From Deltaproteobacteria bacterium (GTDB taxonomy: Bacteria > Myxococcota_A > Polyangia > Fen-1088): a stretch of DNA of 64,000 nucleotides. Numbering within the stretch: the first letter of the stretch is position 1; each line of letters opens with the position of its first letter. Position numbers and translations under genes: made by a program. This document shows, piece after piece, positions 22,166-31,724 of this stretch. The notes below the pieces were generated by a model, which saw only the letters and a list, made by a program, of their open reading frames with translations, did no database searches and was not told where the DNA came from. Location of the stretch: positions 223,568-287,567 of the forward strand of contig JANRKS010000006.1 of NCBI GenBank assembly GCA_033763315.1, read 5' to 3'.

Positions 22166-24100
22166 CTAGTCTTTGACCGGCGTTGCCCGGATCGCGGCCT
22201 TGCCATCCTTCACATACACCGCGAAGCGCGCGCCGCGGCAGTTGTACTTCGCCACGATTGCCTTGCGGTTTTCTTCCAGGCGTTCCCGAAACTTTTCAAG
22301 CGTCAGGCCGCGGGTGGATTCGCCGGTTTGGCTGCGAACCGCCACGTACTCCGCGAAAACTTCACGCATATGGGCCTCGTCAGGGTCGGGCGCCGGCGCG
22401 CCGTTGTTCATGTTCGCGGTGGGCGAATCATCCGCTTGAGCGGTTGGCATCGCGCCGCGGGCGGCCTGCAAAGATCCCGTGCTTGCGGCAGGCATCGGCA
22501 CCGTTGGTGTGGGGCCCCCGTCGTTGGAGTATCCGTGTGCATTGGCGGGCGCGCCGCCGCCAAACGCTGGTGCCGCGGGCGGCGCTGCCATAGGCCGCGG
22601 TGGCATGGCGCCGCCTAAGCCAGGCCCCACGTTCGCAGCGGGTGTCGGCCGCGATGGCCCTGACAGGGGAGGCGACGACAGCCGTGCGTTGGGCGTGGCA
22701 CCGGGAATGGGCATTGGCCCTGAGGGCGGTGGCATCGAAAACGCACCAGGCGCCGCCCCGGACGCTTGCCCGAAGCTTGGCGGTGGACCGAACGAAGGTG
22801 CGCCCGGAAAACTCACAGGCGTGGGCGCTGGGTTCGAGAAGCCGCCTGGCGTTTTCTGCGGCCCAAAACCGCTCGTCGACGAGGGGCTGCCCAAGGGTGG
22901 CAACGATGGCAAATCAACCGAGCGACCGCCCCGATCGCCCAGGATCGCCGAAAGGTCTTTCTTGTTGTCATGGGCACCATCGCCATGAATGAAACGTTCG
23001 AGCGCCGCATTCACGTCGCGGGCGATGGCACCAAAGCGGCCGGGGTGTTTGTGATCGTCCAACTTCTGCAGTTCGCCGCGCGCCAGCTTTTGCACATCGC
23101 TGCGCAACACACCCAAAGGCTTTTCCATCTCGCGCCTTTGCAGGAACAAGCCGACGCCGATGATCAACAGCACCGCGCCTCCCAGGCGCAGCCATGGAAA
23201 CACGGCCCAACCCAGATCTTCTTTCGTCGTCGAAGCAAGCAATTCCAAAGGTCCGCCCGCCTGCGTTTGCTTGACCATCAACACATAGTGCGCGCCCATC
23301 GCGGACGCTTGCCCGGCGAACGGTGCGGCCACCGCGAGCAACTCGTCGTTGCCGTGGGGGAGGGTGAATGCCTTCGTGCGATGCGCGCCCTTGATCTCGT
23401 CTTGGTGATCCTTTACACGATCGGCGAGTGAGCCCAAGGCACCCTCAGGCACCGAGGAGCTCAGAACCTGTCCTCCCAACAGGATGGCGACGTCGACGCC
23501 TAGGTTCTTACGCCACAACTCAACCATGCGATCGCCGGTGTCGAGTCCCACATAGATGGCGCCAACCACTTTGTCTTTGGCTTTGGATAGAACAGGCGCT
23601 GCCGCCACACGCGTGAGTTTGCCGTTCGAGCCCCACACGTCGTCGGACATGTAGCCACGCAAAGCGTCTGACACGACTTCCAGACCCGACACAAGTTCCG
23701 CATCGCGGTTGTTTTCACCTTCGCCAATGCGTCCCACGATGCGGCCGTTGCCATCCACCGCGGCCAACACGCGGATGCCGCGGCTGTCGAGATCCGGCAC
23801 CAGGGATCCCAAGCGCCCGCGGATCGTTTCATTGAGCACTGAAGATTCGCCGTTGCCGCGCGTCGCGTTTTCCAACGTTTCCGTAATCACAGCGTCGCGG
23901 CCCAGCTTGGCCACACTTTGGATCCAGCGAATGGCGTCGTTCTTGAGCTGCTGTTCGGCTGCGTATTGTGCGCGATCTAAGCTTTGTGCTTCGGCGCTGG
24001 CCAGGTGGCGTGAAGCAGATCGCGGCGCCACCAAGGCAACCGTTGTGGCAACGCTGGCCACCAATGCAACGAGGATGAACCAAATCTTACTGAGGAACAT
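22166..24100 (-). CDS. MXAN_5187 family protein (periplasmic sensor-like region, Pro-rich linker, conserved C-terminal domain)
   Basis: 'MFLSKIWF' start, two TM helices, C-terminal 'TGESTRGLTLEKF...FAVYVKDGKAAIRATPVK'. Confidence 0.8.
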   Translation of the reverse strand: MFLSKIWFILVALVASVATTVALVAPRSASRHLASAEAQSLDRAQYAAEQQLKNDAIRWIQSVAKLGRDAVITETLENATRGNGESSVLNETIRGRLGSLVPDLDSRGIRVLAAVDGNGRIVGRIGEGENNRDAELVSGLEVVSDALRGYMSDDVWGSNGKLTRVAAAPVLSKAKDKVVGAIYVGLDTGDRMVELWRKNLGVDVAILLGGQVLSSSVPEGALGSLADRVKDHQDEIKGAHRTKAFTLPHGNDELLAVAAPFAGQASAMGAHYVLMVKQTQAGGPLELLASTTKEDLGWAVFPWLRLGGAVLLIIGVGLFLQRREMEKPLGVLRSDVQKLARGELQKLDDHKHPGRFGAIARDVNAALERFIHGDGAHDNKKDLSAILGDRGGRSVDLPSLPPLGSPSSTSGFGPQKTPGGFSNPAPTPVSFPGAPSFGPPPSFGQASGAAPGAFSMPPPSGPMPIPGATPNARLSSPPLSGPSRPTPAANVGPGLGGAMPPRPMAAPPAAPAFGGGAPANAHGYSNDGGPTPTVPMPAASTGSLQAARGAMPTAQADDSPTANMNNGAPAPDPDEAHMREVFAEYVAVRSQTGESTRGLTLEKFRERLEENRKAIVAKYNCRGARFAVYVKDGKAAIRATPVKD

Positions 24101-24106
24101 GGCGCC

Positions 24107-24838
24107 TTATTCGGGGTCAACGGGGGAGGCAGAAGCCACATCGATTTGAAGGGCTTTCATGTTGTTGCGAACGTCGATCGCTTGTTCATGGACGAACTGG
24201 CCGCGGGCCCACACTTTCAACGTTGCTTTTCCTTCGGGCATATCAGGCAGTTTGAAGTTGCCTTTGGCGTCGCAGATCGCGGCATAGGGGTTATCAACCA
24301 CGATCACCGCAATCGAAAGGTGAGGGTATTGAGCGCTGCGAATTTCATAAACGCCGGGCACAGGAAACTTTTGCCGACGCAAAGTTCCTGGTGCCAAGCG
24401 TTCAAGCGGCATCAAGGCCTCTTGCCCTGGAATGGACAGATCGTGCGGCACCTTATCGCCGTTGCGAATCTCAACCACGGAATTGGTGCCCACGATCAAC
24501 GTGGGCTTGTTCGCTCCGAACCCAGCGATGTCGACCGCGAACGTTTTGGCTTCCGGGGCCTGGCCCTTGGCGTCTGTCACGAGCACGACGGGTGGGTCAG
24601 GCGTCACGGCGGGGGACACTGGCACCGATCCGTTCTCTACGCGCCAGTAGCCGGGGAAACGTCGACCGTTCTCCAAGCTTTCCGACAAGGTCACCCGGCC
24701 TTTGACGGACTCGGCATAGGCATCAGTGTTTGGCAGTGACCAACACACAAGTGACAGCGTTGACAGAGCAAAAAAGCGAAAGGGTGTGCGCATCGGCTGC
24801 ATCAACTTTTCCAGGCGAAAAACGTTTGAGACCTTCAT
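24107..24838 (-). CDS. Secreted cupredoxin-like / carboxypeptidase-regulatory-like protein
   Basis: Signal peptide; 'NGDKVPHDL', 'PGVYEIRS..YPHL', 'GNFKLPDMPEG'; start uncertain. Confidence 0.65.
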   Translation of the reverse strand: MKVSNVFRLEKLMQPMRTPFRFFALSTLSLVCWSLPNTDAYAESVKGRVTLSESLENGRRFPGYWRVENGSVPVSPAVTPDPPVVLVTDAKGQAPEAKTFAVDIAGFGANKPTLIVGTNSVVEIRNGDKVPHDLSIPGQEALMPLERLAPGTLRRQKFPVPGVYEIRSAQYPHLSIAVIVVDNPYAAICDAKGNFKLPDMPEGKATLKVWARGQFVHEQAIDVRNNMKALQIDVASASPVDPE

Positions 24839-24996
24839 ACGTTAGCCCGCCTCGTTTCTACCTGGGAACCGATCTCAGAGCAACAGCCGGAAATGGTTGT
24901 TCGGCAGGGCGGCAAGCCCGGTGCGTTCGCTGGGCTCGCGAGGAATCCTGACAGCGGCGCCAGCGAAACCGCAACGGCGGCGCTATTCTGCGCCTC

Positions 24997-25443
24997 GTGA
25001 GTTCCAAGCCTGCTCCCACCCCCAAGCCCCCCAACACAGCCAACGACATGAAAGACATGCGCACACCTTCGCGTGAGTTGGAGACGTTCCCCAACCCCAA
25101 CCCTGGCCGCGATTACAGCATTCATTTCGACACTCCTGAGTTCACGTGCTTGTGCCCGAAGACGGGCCAGCCTGATTTCGCAACGATTCGTGTGGAATAC
25201 ATTCCGGATCGCCTATGCGTTGAATTGAAATCGTGGAAGCTTTACCTGTGGTCGTATCGCAATGAGGGCGGCTTTCATGAAGCGGTCACCAACAAGATCC
25301 TTGACGATCTGGTTGCCGCCACCCAACCGCGTTGGGCGCGCATCGAAGGCGACTTCAATGTGCGGGGCGGCATCCATACGGTGATCGTCGCGACGTATGA
25401 AGCGCCTGAAAAGGCGCAGAAGAAGGCTAAGAAGAAGAGATAG
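24997..25443 (+). CDS. queF: preQ0 reductase QueF (short class I)
   Basis: '[16 protein letters not shown]', 'ELKSWKLY', 'FHEAVTN', 'FNVRGG'. Confidence 0.95.
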   Translation: MSSKPAPTPKPPNTANDMKDMRTPSRELETFPNPNPGRDYSIHFDTPEFTCLCPKTGQPDFATIRVEYIPDRLCVELKSWKLYLWSYRNEGGFHEAVTNKILDDLVAATQPRWARIEGDFNVRGGIHTVIVATYEAPEKAQKKAKKKR

Positions 25444-25493
25444 GGCGATGAAGCCTGCGGGCACGTCTCTTCGGCGTGCCCCTTCATTCCCGG

Positions 25494-27086
25494 TCAGTTT
25501 TTGTTTTGAATCACAGCCAAAGCGACCTGTGTTTCAGCAAGCTGAGACACGGCCCCCGGCAAACGCGCCGAGCTTTTGTCGGCATCAATAAGCTCGGTCA
25601 ATTTCGTCACACACTCAGAACACGTCTTGTTGGCCAAACGGGTAAGCGCCAACAACATGGCGTGATGTGACGGAAACTGATCCTGTTGCAGCGTCTTTAC
25701 AGGCTTGAGCCCCGCGAGCAGCAACGGAATGCCTTGTTTGGCGTCGCCCGATAAACCGATGGCCACCGCGCCTTTTTCCGAACGCGCAGGCGAGGGGTCT
25801 TTTAGCGCCTTGCCGTAACAAGCAAGATCTTTGTCGCACTCGCGCGCCACCTGCATGCGGTCCAACGCTTCGCCGAGCGCACCCTGCACTTCGGTTTCCT
25901 TATCGAAAAGATCTTTGAATTGATCGTATTCGGCCTTGGTGGCCAAGCGTGCAAAGTCGATGGCCGCAGACGCCCGCAAATCAGACGCCTTTTCACCTTC
26001 GATCGTGATGTAGCCCGATTTCGCTGTCTCGAACAACACCGGCAAGGCGCGACGATCGCCCGCCAGGAACAAAGCATTGGAGGCCGCCAGGCGCAGCTTG
26101 GGCTCTTGCTTGCCGTCTTTAAGCACGGCGATCAAAGCATCAACGGCTTCAGGGGTTCCCGTGTTGCCCAGCGACAACAAGGCCTGCGAATGTTCGGGGC
26201 CCACTTTGGTTTTCTTCAAGATGGCGAGCAGCGGCTGCACAACCTTGGGTGACCGGAAATCACCCAACACGTACGCTGCCTTGTAAGGCACGACGCCCGG
26301 CGAAAGTTCGTCGAAGTTGAGCTCCTTCGCCATCTTCGATACATCCGCGTTCTTGCCTTCGAGCAGGTTGAGCAGCGGTGCAATGGATGGTTCACCAATG
26401 CCCACCAAAGCCAAGCGGCATTCTTGAAACAGCTGCGTGCCCCGGCCCGTCATGAACAGGCCCTTGAGCAACGCGGGAATCGCTGCCGGATCTTTAATCT
26501 CCGCCAAGGCCAACGCCGCCGTTTTGTTCAGCAGGAAGTCTTGTTCGTCGGCCGACGTTGTGAGGATCTTCGCCAACGCTGGTGTGGCGCCTTTGTCTTT
26601 AATGCGCGCCAAGGCCCGGATGGAAGCCACGCGCACTTGGTTGGCCTGCGATTTGATCGGCAGTGGCTTTTCTGCGGCCGCTGACAACCCAGCCACCCCT
26701 TGCACGGCTTTCATGTCGCCCAAGAAGCCCGCGGCCACTTGTGCGTTCTCGAAATTGTCCGAATCGTAGGTCAATTGCCCCACGAACAGATCCACGGTGG
26801 ACGGATCGTTGAGGCGCGCGATGGCGCGCAGGTGGTTGGGGTCTTTCGTTTCTTCAAACAGCGCGCGCAGTTCCGGCAACGCCTGCTTCGCCTTGTCGGC
26901 GTCCATGCGCGCCAGGTTGTCGAGCGCCTCTTTGCGCGTGCGCAAGCTGGAAAGCTTCTTGGCCCACGTCTTTGGATCGTTTGGATCGTCGCAACCAGCT
27001 GACACGAACCCCCAAGCCAACGTGGCGGCCAAAGCCATCCACACAAAGCCATTTGATCGAGTGGCCACCGTCTTCATCGCGCGCAT
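25494..27086 (-). CDS. HEAT-repeat lipoprotein
   Basis: Lipobox 'VSAGC'; repeated 'A..ALA.I.D..AIPAL' HEAT/PBS-like units. Confidence 0.8.
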   Translation of the reverse strand: MRAMKTVATRSNGFVWMALAATLAWGFVSAGCDDPNDPKTWAKKLSSLRTRKEALDNLARMDADKAKQALPELRALFEETKDPNHLRAIARLNDPSTVDLFVGQLTYDSDNFENAQVAAGFLGDMKAVQGVAGLSAAAEKPLPIKSQANQVRVASIRALARIKDKGATPALAKILTTSADEQDFLLNKTAALALAEIKDPAAIPALLKGLFMTGRGTQLFQECRLALVGIGEPSIAPLLNLLEGKNADVSKMAKELNFDELSPGVVPYKAAYVLGDFRSPKVVQPLLAILKKTKVGPEHSQALLSLGNTGTPEAVDALIAVLKDGKQEPKLRLAASNALFLAGDRRALPVLFETAKSGYITIEGEKASDLRASAAIDFARLATKAEYDQFKDLFDKETEVQGALGEALDRMQVARECDKDLACYGKALKDPSPARSEKGAVAIGLSGDAKQGIPLLLAGLKPVKTLQQDQFPSHHAMLLALTRLANKTCSECVTKLTELIDADKSSARLPGAVSQLAETQVALAVIQNKN

Positions 27087-27198
27087 AGAGCCTGCTCCCC
27101 CCTGAAAAAACAACACCCTCGGCTCGCGCATGGCGATCGAGGGTGTTTGTATCTCAACCTTGGATTGTCTGCTGTCGTGTCATCAAGCGAGGCTGCTT

Positions 27199-27762
27199 TT
27201 ATTCAGCGGCTGCGCCTGCGGCCTTAACTTTCGGTTGAACGGCGAAGTTCAGGTTTTGGTACCCAGCCACGGAGGCCGTGTACAAGATCTTCTTCAACGC
27301 CTTAAACTCAACCGCTTTGTCAGCCTGCAAGATCACCAGCCCGTTGAAATCTTCATTGGGGTGGGTGAGCTTGTAGTTGTTCTTGAGTGTGATCAACCGA
27401 TCGTGAAGTTCGGTGATCTTCGCATCGCCCGTGGCCGAATCGCGCAAAAGCTCTTCGCCCGTGGCAACCTGTTGCCCGTCCAACATCACCAAGTCTGGAG
27501 TCACACCAATGATGGGTGCGCGCTCTAGATCGGTCCATTGTTGGGCGTCAGGCAGAACCAGGTTCTTTTGCACGAAGACGATCTCGCCCGTCGCTGAGAA
27601 CGACATCAGCAAAAAGATAACCAACATCGTCATCATGTCGATGTAGGCCACCAGGTTCAAAGCCTCGGACAGCGACTTGCGCCCCCCGTGGCCCAGCTTG
27701 GCGCTTACGGTCTCAAGCTGGATTGATTTGTAAAGCTGTACGTGTGGAGCATGAATTGGCAT
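27199..27762 (-). CDS. ExbD/TolR family protein (Agl-motor-like)
   Basis: TM 'LNLVAYIDMMTMLVIFLL' with conserved Asp; 'ILQADK'. Confidence 0.9.
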   Translation of the reverse strand: MPIHAPHVQLYKSIQLETVSAKLGHGGRKSLSEALNLVAYIDMMTMLVIFLLMSFSATGEIVFVQKNLVLPDAQQWTDLERAPIIGVTPDLVMLDGQQVATGEELLRDSATGDAKITELHDRLITLKNNYKLTHPNEDFNGLVILQADKAVEFKALKKILYTASVAGYQNLNFAVQPKVKAAGAAAE

Positions 27763-27778
27763 CGTAATACCTCCGCCC

Positions 27779-28255
27779 TTACAGGCTGGCTCCCGCGGCA
27801 GCTTCGGTCAGCGAGACGGCCGGGAAGTGAGCCCCCAAGGCCGCATCCATGGTTTGCACCAAGATGTCGAACTTGATTGGATCCTCCGAGGCCACCTGCA
27901 GATCGTTGGTGTCTGGATGGGCTTCCTTGAGGCGCTTTAGTTCCACGCTCAAGTCAGCAAAGTTATACGCATCGCCTTGCTTGGGAATGCGCTTTGAAGT
28001 TTCGTTCTCGACCACGTTGTAACCCTCAGCGTCGACCGTGATGATGATCTTGGTCGCGATTTCGGGTGGTGGTGTTTCACCAGAGGCGCTTTTGGCTTTC
28101 TGTTGCACTTCAAGCCGCGCCAGCTGGGTCCACACCGCTGTGATCAAAAGAAACGAAACCATGCACGTGAGCAAGTCGATGTAGGGCACGAGGTTCAGGT
28201 CGGCGTTGACCGACTTCTTCCCGCTTTTGCCGCCCGTATCTACGGATACGCTCAT
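27779..28255 (-). CDS. ExbD/TolR family protein (Agl-motor-like)
   Basis: TM 'LNLVPYIDLLTCMVSFLLITAVW' with conserved Asp. Confidence 0.9.
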   Translation of the reverse strand: MSVSVDTGGKSGKKSVNADLNLVPYIDLLTCMVSFLLITAVWTQLARLEVQQKAKSASGETPPPEIATKIIITVDAEGYNVVENETSKRIPKQGDAYNFADLSVELKRLKEAHPDTNDLQVASEDPIKFDILVQTMDAALGAHFPAVSLTEAAAGASL

Positions 28256-28312
28256 GGTGATCTCCCTGTAGGGGAGGGGAAACCGATGTCTCCCGCTCCA
28301 CGTTACTGCGTG

Positions 28313-28948
28313 TTAACCCTGGTGTCCGTGAGCGTCGCGACCTGCCGTGGCCAAGTTCAGTGCTTCCACTGTGCCTTGGTTGATGCCGTCGAGAATGCCT
28401 TGGGTTTTACCATTGAGCCACGCGAACGTAGCCAAGCCGATGATACCGGTGAACAACCCGAAAGCGGTGCAGTTCATGGCCTCAGAAATACCGCGTGAAA
28501 GCATGGTGGCTTTCAAGCTGGGATCCACACCCGCAACCGACGCGAACGACTTGATCAGACCCGAGATGGTTCCCAACAAGCCGGCCAACGTGGCCAAGTT
28601 ACCCAGCATCGCCAAGTAACCCGTGCGCTTTTCAACCTTCGGCAATTGGCGAAGGGCTTCTTCGTCCATCGCTTGCTGAATGCTGTGTTCGCTGCCCGCG
28701 GCGTTGCGCAAACCAGCGGCGATGATCTTCGTGACGGGGGCCGACACCTGTTCACAGGTGCTGATGGCGCCGCGCACGTTGCCTTGAACGATTTGAGCCT
28801 TGATGAGGCCCATCAACTTCTCCACATCGACCTTCGACTTCTGCAGAACCAAGAAGCGGTCAACGACGATCGCAACGATCATCACGAACATCACCAAGAT
28901 GGGGTACATCCCCCAGCCACCCTCTTTAAACATTTCAACAATATTCAT
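28313..28948 (-). CDS. MotA/TolQ/ExbB proton channel protein (copy 2)
   Basis: 'GGWGMYPI', 'ATLAGLLGTISGLIKSF', 'GISEAMNCTAFGL'. Confidence 0.93.
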   Translation of the reverse strand: MNIVEMFKEGGWGMYPILVMFVMIVAIVVDRFLVLQKSKVDVEKLMGLIKAQIVQGNVRGAISTCEQVSAPVTKIIAAGLRNAAGSEHSIQQAMDEEALRQLPKVEKRTGYLAMLGNLATLAGLLGTISGLIKSFASVAGVDPSLKATMLSRGISEAMNCTAFGLFTGIIGLATFAWLNGKTQGILDGINQGTVEALNLATAGRDAHGHQG

Positions 28949-28984
28949 GGCTGACTCCTTCTAAAACCTGTGAGCGAAATCCAA

Positions 28985-29626
28985 TTAACCGCGGGCCGCT
29001 GCTTTTGCGCTCGCCAGCAGGTTTGCAACGTTCTTACGAACCTCGGCAATGTCGTCGAGGATGTTCTGCGTTTTGCCGTTCAACCAAGCGTACGTGGCCA
29101 GACCCACGATGCCGGTGAACAAACCAAACGCGGTGCAGTTCATGGCTTCCGAGATGCCCTTCGAGAGCAACGTGGCCTTTTGCGAAGGATCCACACCGGC
29201 CACGCCAGCGAACGACTTGATCAAACCCGAGATGGTTCCCAACAAACCGGCAAGCGTCGCCAAGTTGCCCAACATGGCCAAGTAACCGGTGCGCTTCTCG
29301 ATCAAGGGAAGCTCGCGAAGGCCGGCCTCGTCCATGGCTGAATTGATCTCGTCATCGGATCGATTCGCGCGCATGAGGCCCGCTTGCACGATGCGGGTCA
29401 TCGGGGTTGTGTTCCCCGAACAGACCTTGATCGCGCCTTGGATGTTGCCCTGGGCGATCTGCTGCTTGAGCAGGGACACCAACTTGTCTTTGTCGATGAC
29501 CGCTTTGCGCAGATACACCGCTCGCTCGACCACGATCGAAATCGTAATCGCCAGCAAGATGAGAATTGGCCACATACCCCAACCACCTTCGTGGAAGGCA
29601 TCGGCCAAGAGCTTGAGAAAGGTCAT
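28985..29626 (-). CDS. MotA/TolQ/ExbB proton channel protein (copy 1)
   Basis: Same motifs as its neighbour; AGGAGG RBS upstream. Confidence 0.93.
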   Translation of the reverse strand: MTFLKLLADAFHEGGWGMWPILILLAITISIVVERAVYLRKAVIDKDKLVSLLKQQIAQGNIQGAIKVCSGNTTPMTRIVQAGLMRANRSDDEINSAMDEAGLRELPLIEKRTGYLAMLGNLATLAGLLGTISGLIKSFAGVAGVDPSQKATLLSKGISEAMNCTAFGLFTGIVGLATYAWLNGKTQNILDDIAEVRKNVANLLASAKAAARG

Positions 29627-30040
29627 CGGCTCCTCCTATCGGACTTCATAAATGGGCTTGAACAACAGCTCACAACCAAACACGTCGAACACATGAACCG
29701 GGAAAGTTCCGCAAGCGTTTACCGATGGTTGGGCAACCAAGGGCTGGCTTTCGGCAGGGTCCCGGACAAACACACGGCAACTCGGCAAAGGTACGGTGCA
29801 AAAGAGGCGCTCTTATGGCAAAGGCCACTGATGCGGCGGATGCGAATCAAAGCTGAACAACAAGCTAATCGCTAAGTGAAGCACCGTAGAAGCATTTTGA
29901 ATGCCACAGTTTTGCGGCCTGTGTAAAGCCCAGAAACACATTCTTCCATTTGGCGCTGTGGCGAATTGCCACGGTCCGTGGCAAACGGTCTCGTTGGGCG
30001 TTGGCAATTCCGGCAGCCCCGCGGTAGTTTCATTCGCTCC

Positions 30041-30565
30041 ATGCGCCTGACCCGGATTCTAGATGTGGCGGTTTTCGGCACGGTGGCCATCGCCGTTTTG
30101 CTGCCTCGGCCCGACGCGAAGGTGAAGCCGGGGCTTGAGCTCACGGACAGCCAGCGGGTGGAGTTGGCGCAACTGCAGGCGGTGTTGGCCCGCGACCCCG
30201 GGGCGGCGGAGCCATCGCTTGCGCTTTCCAGTTTGTTGTTGGACGGCGGCCGGCCCGAATGGGCGCTTTCGGTGCTGACGCCGGCCCTGGCCCGCAACCC
30301 CACGGACCACCGGTTGGCGATGCGGCAAAGCATGGCCTTTGCGGATGACTGGGAGGCGATGGCGGCCTTCAAAGCGGCCGAGCGGGCGCTGGCCCTGTGC
30401 GAAAACGGTTCGAGCCACCCCTGCGGCGAACCCGATAAGGTGCGGTTGACCTTGCTCAAGTCCACGCTCGAAAAGGTGAAAGACATCGACCTGCGGGACA
30501 ACCCCAACACGGCCAAAGAACGCATCCTGCAGGCGTTGCGGCCGGGCCGCGTGCCGCACAAATGA
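30041..30565 (+). CDS. Hypothetical membrane-anchored TPR-like protein
   Basis: N-terminal hydrophobic anchor, helical TPR-like body, strong GC3 bias. Confidence 0.7.
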   Translation: MRLTRILDVAVFGTVAIAVLLPRPDAKVKPGLELTDSQRVELAQLQAVLARDPGAAEPSLALSSLLLDGGRPEWALSVLTPALARNPTDHRLAMRQSMAFADDWEAMAAFKAAERALALCENGSSHPCGEPDKVRLTLLKSTLEKVKDIDLRDNPNTAKERILQALRPGRVPHK

Positions 30566-30605
30566 GGGGGGCGTTAGCGTTCGTAACATTCCCGAAGATT
30601 GCGGC

Positions 30606-30634
30606 TTGACAGAAGCGACCTTCGTCCGCATCAT
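30606..30634 (+). promoter_or_regulatory. sigma70 promoter candidate for the tRNA pair
   Basis: TTGACA-N17-CATCAT about 100 nt upstream of tRNA-Arg. Confidence 0.55.
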
Positions 30635-30734
30635 TCCCCGCCTACTGAGGGTGGGTTGGGCGGAAAAACTTAATGCTTATTGCTAGTTCCCGATCGGGGA
30701 ACCCCACTGTTTGGCCCTCAAAAACCAAACGTTC

Positions 30735-30808
30735 GCGCCTGTAGCTCAACTGGATAGAGCATCGGCCTTCGAAGCCGAGGGCTGGGGGTTCGAACCCCTC
30801 CGGGCGCA
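30735..30808 (+). tRNA. tRNA-Arg(TCG)
   Basis: Cloverleaf: GCGCCTG/CGGGCGC acceptor stem, anticodon arm TCGGC-CTTCGAA-GCCGA, T-loop GTTCGAAC. Confidence 0.96.
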
Positions 30809-30850
30809 CGCAAGTCTTCTGAAAACTGAATGTCGATTTGAATCTCTTCC

Positions 30851-30923
30851 GGGCGCGTAGCTCAACTGGTAGAGCAGCGGACTCTTAATCCGTTGGTTCG
30901 GGGTTCGATTCCCTGCGCGCCCA
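30851..30923 (+). tRNA. tRNA-Lys(CTT)
   Basis: Cloverleaf: GGGCGCG/CGCGCCC acceptor stem, anticodon arm GCGGA-CTCTTAA-TCCGT, T-loop GTTCGATT. Confidence 0.96.
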
Positions 30924-30970
30924 CACTTTTTGTTAGGCCAGCGGCTTAGGCGCGGCCTTCTTCGCGCGGT

Positions 30971-31462
30971 TCACGCTTTCATCTGCCGAAGGGCTTCTTC
31001 GAGCACGGCCAGCGCAAGCTTATCCTTGTTGTGCGGCGACTTTCGTTTGTTGCGAACGATCAGCTCCAGGCTCAGGACCCGCAATGGTCGCCCCGCAAAA
31101 TCGATGCATACGGAGTGGGGCAGCAGGTCGTCGTAAGTCATGCGGTCCTCAATGGCGCCCAAGCAGTCGAGGGGTCCGAGATCCGTCGAAAACAGAGAGT
31201 GTCCTTCTGTGGCAAGAGCGGCCGGACTGGGGAGCAAGCGGTTGCTCGTTGGCCGGCCTCGATAGCAGGCATTTAACGCGGCCAGCGCCCGCATCAATGC
31301 TTCCAGGTTTGCCGGCGTGCGAGCATGGACGATGTCGACGTCGTGGGTTGTGAGCGGGGCGCCCTGGGCCACGGCCGCAAGGGCGCCCACCAGGATGAAC
31401 TGAACGTCATGGGCCAACAGCACGTCCAAAATCGAAGTTAGATCAACCGTGTTTGTCGCCAT
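30971..31462 (-). CDS. Nucleotidyltransferase (pol-beta fold, DUF6036/AbiEii-like)
   Basis: 'FILVGALAAVAQG...THDVDIV' catalytic signature, C-terminal 'K...KDKLAL'. Confidence 0.85.
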   Translation of the reverse strand: MATNTVDLTSILDVLLAHDVQFILVGALAAVAQGAPLTTHDVDIVHARTPANLEALMRALAALNACYRGRPTSNRLLPSPAALATEGHSLFSTDLGPLDCLGAIEDRMTYDDLLPHSVCIDFAGRPLRVLSLELIVRNKRKSPHNKDKLALAVLEEALRQMKA

Positions 31463-31634
31463 TATTTCCGAGCTTAAACGCTTCACGGAGCCGCAGAGCG
31501 AGGTTGGCCATTCGATCGTTTTGGCGAAGCCGATCTTGGACCGAAAGGCGAAGCGTGGCTTCGACCAGCGTCCGATCAACGACCGGGGCCGGTTCGGCGG
31601 TCCGAGGCGGTTGTTCGGGGACGAGCGATTTCAC
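31443..31634 (-). CDS. Small putative antitoxin / partner of the nucleotidyltransferase
   Basis: 'VDRTLVEATLRLSVQDRLR' resembles the short partners found upstream of such NTases; overlaps the NTase start; GTG start inferred. Confidence 0.65.
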   Translation of the reverse strand: MKSLVPEQPPRTAEPAPVVDRTLVEATLRLSVQDRLRQNDRMANLALRLREAFKLGNNGDKHG

Positions 31635-31724
31635 CGGCTTATGGTGCCAAGTCAGTCCTGGGCATGCAACCGGAACCGGTGCGGGGGAGCGTGGCCTGCG
31701 TTGAGGTAGACACCGCATCGGACT

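Noticed and set aside
24839-24996. preQ1 riboswitch upstream of queF
   Set aside because: No recognisable preQ1-I stem or A-rich tail
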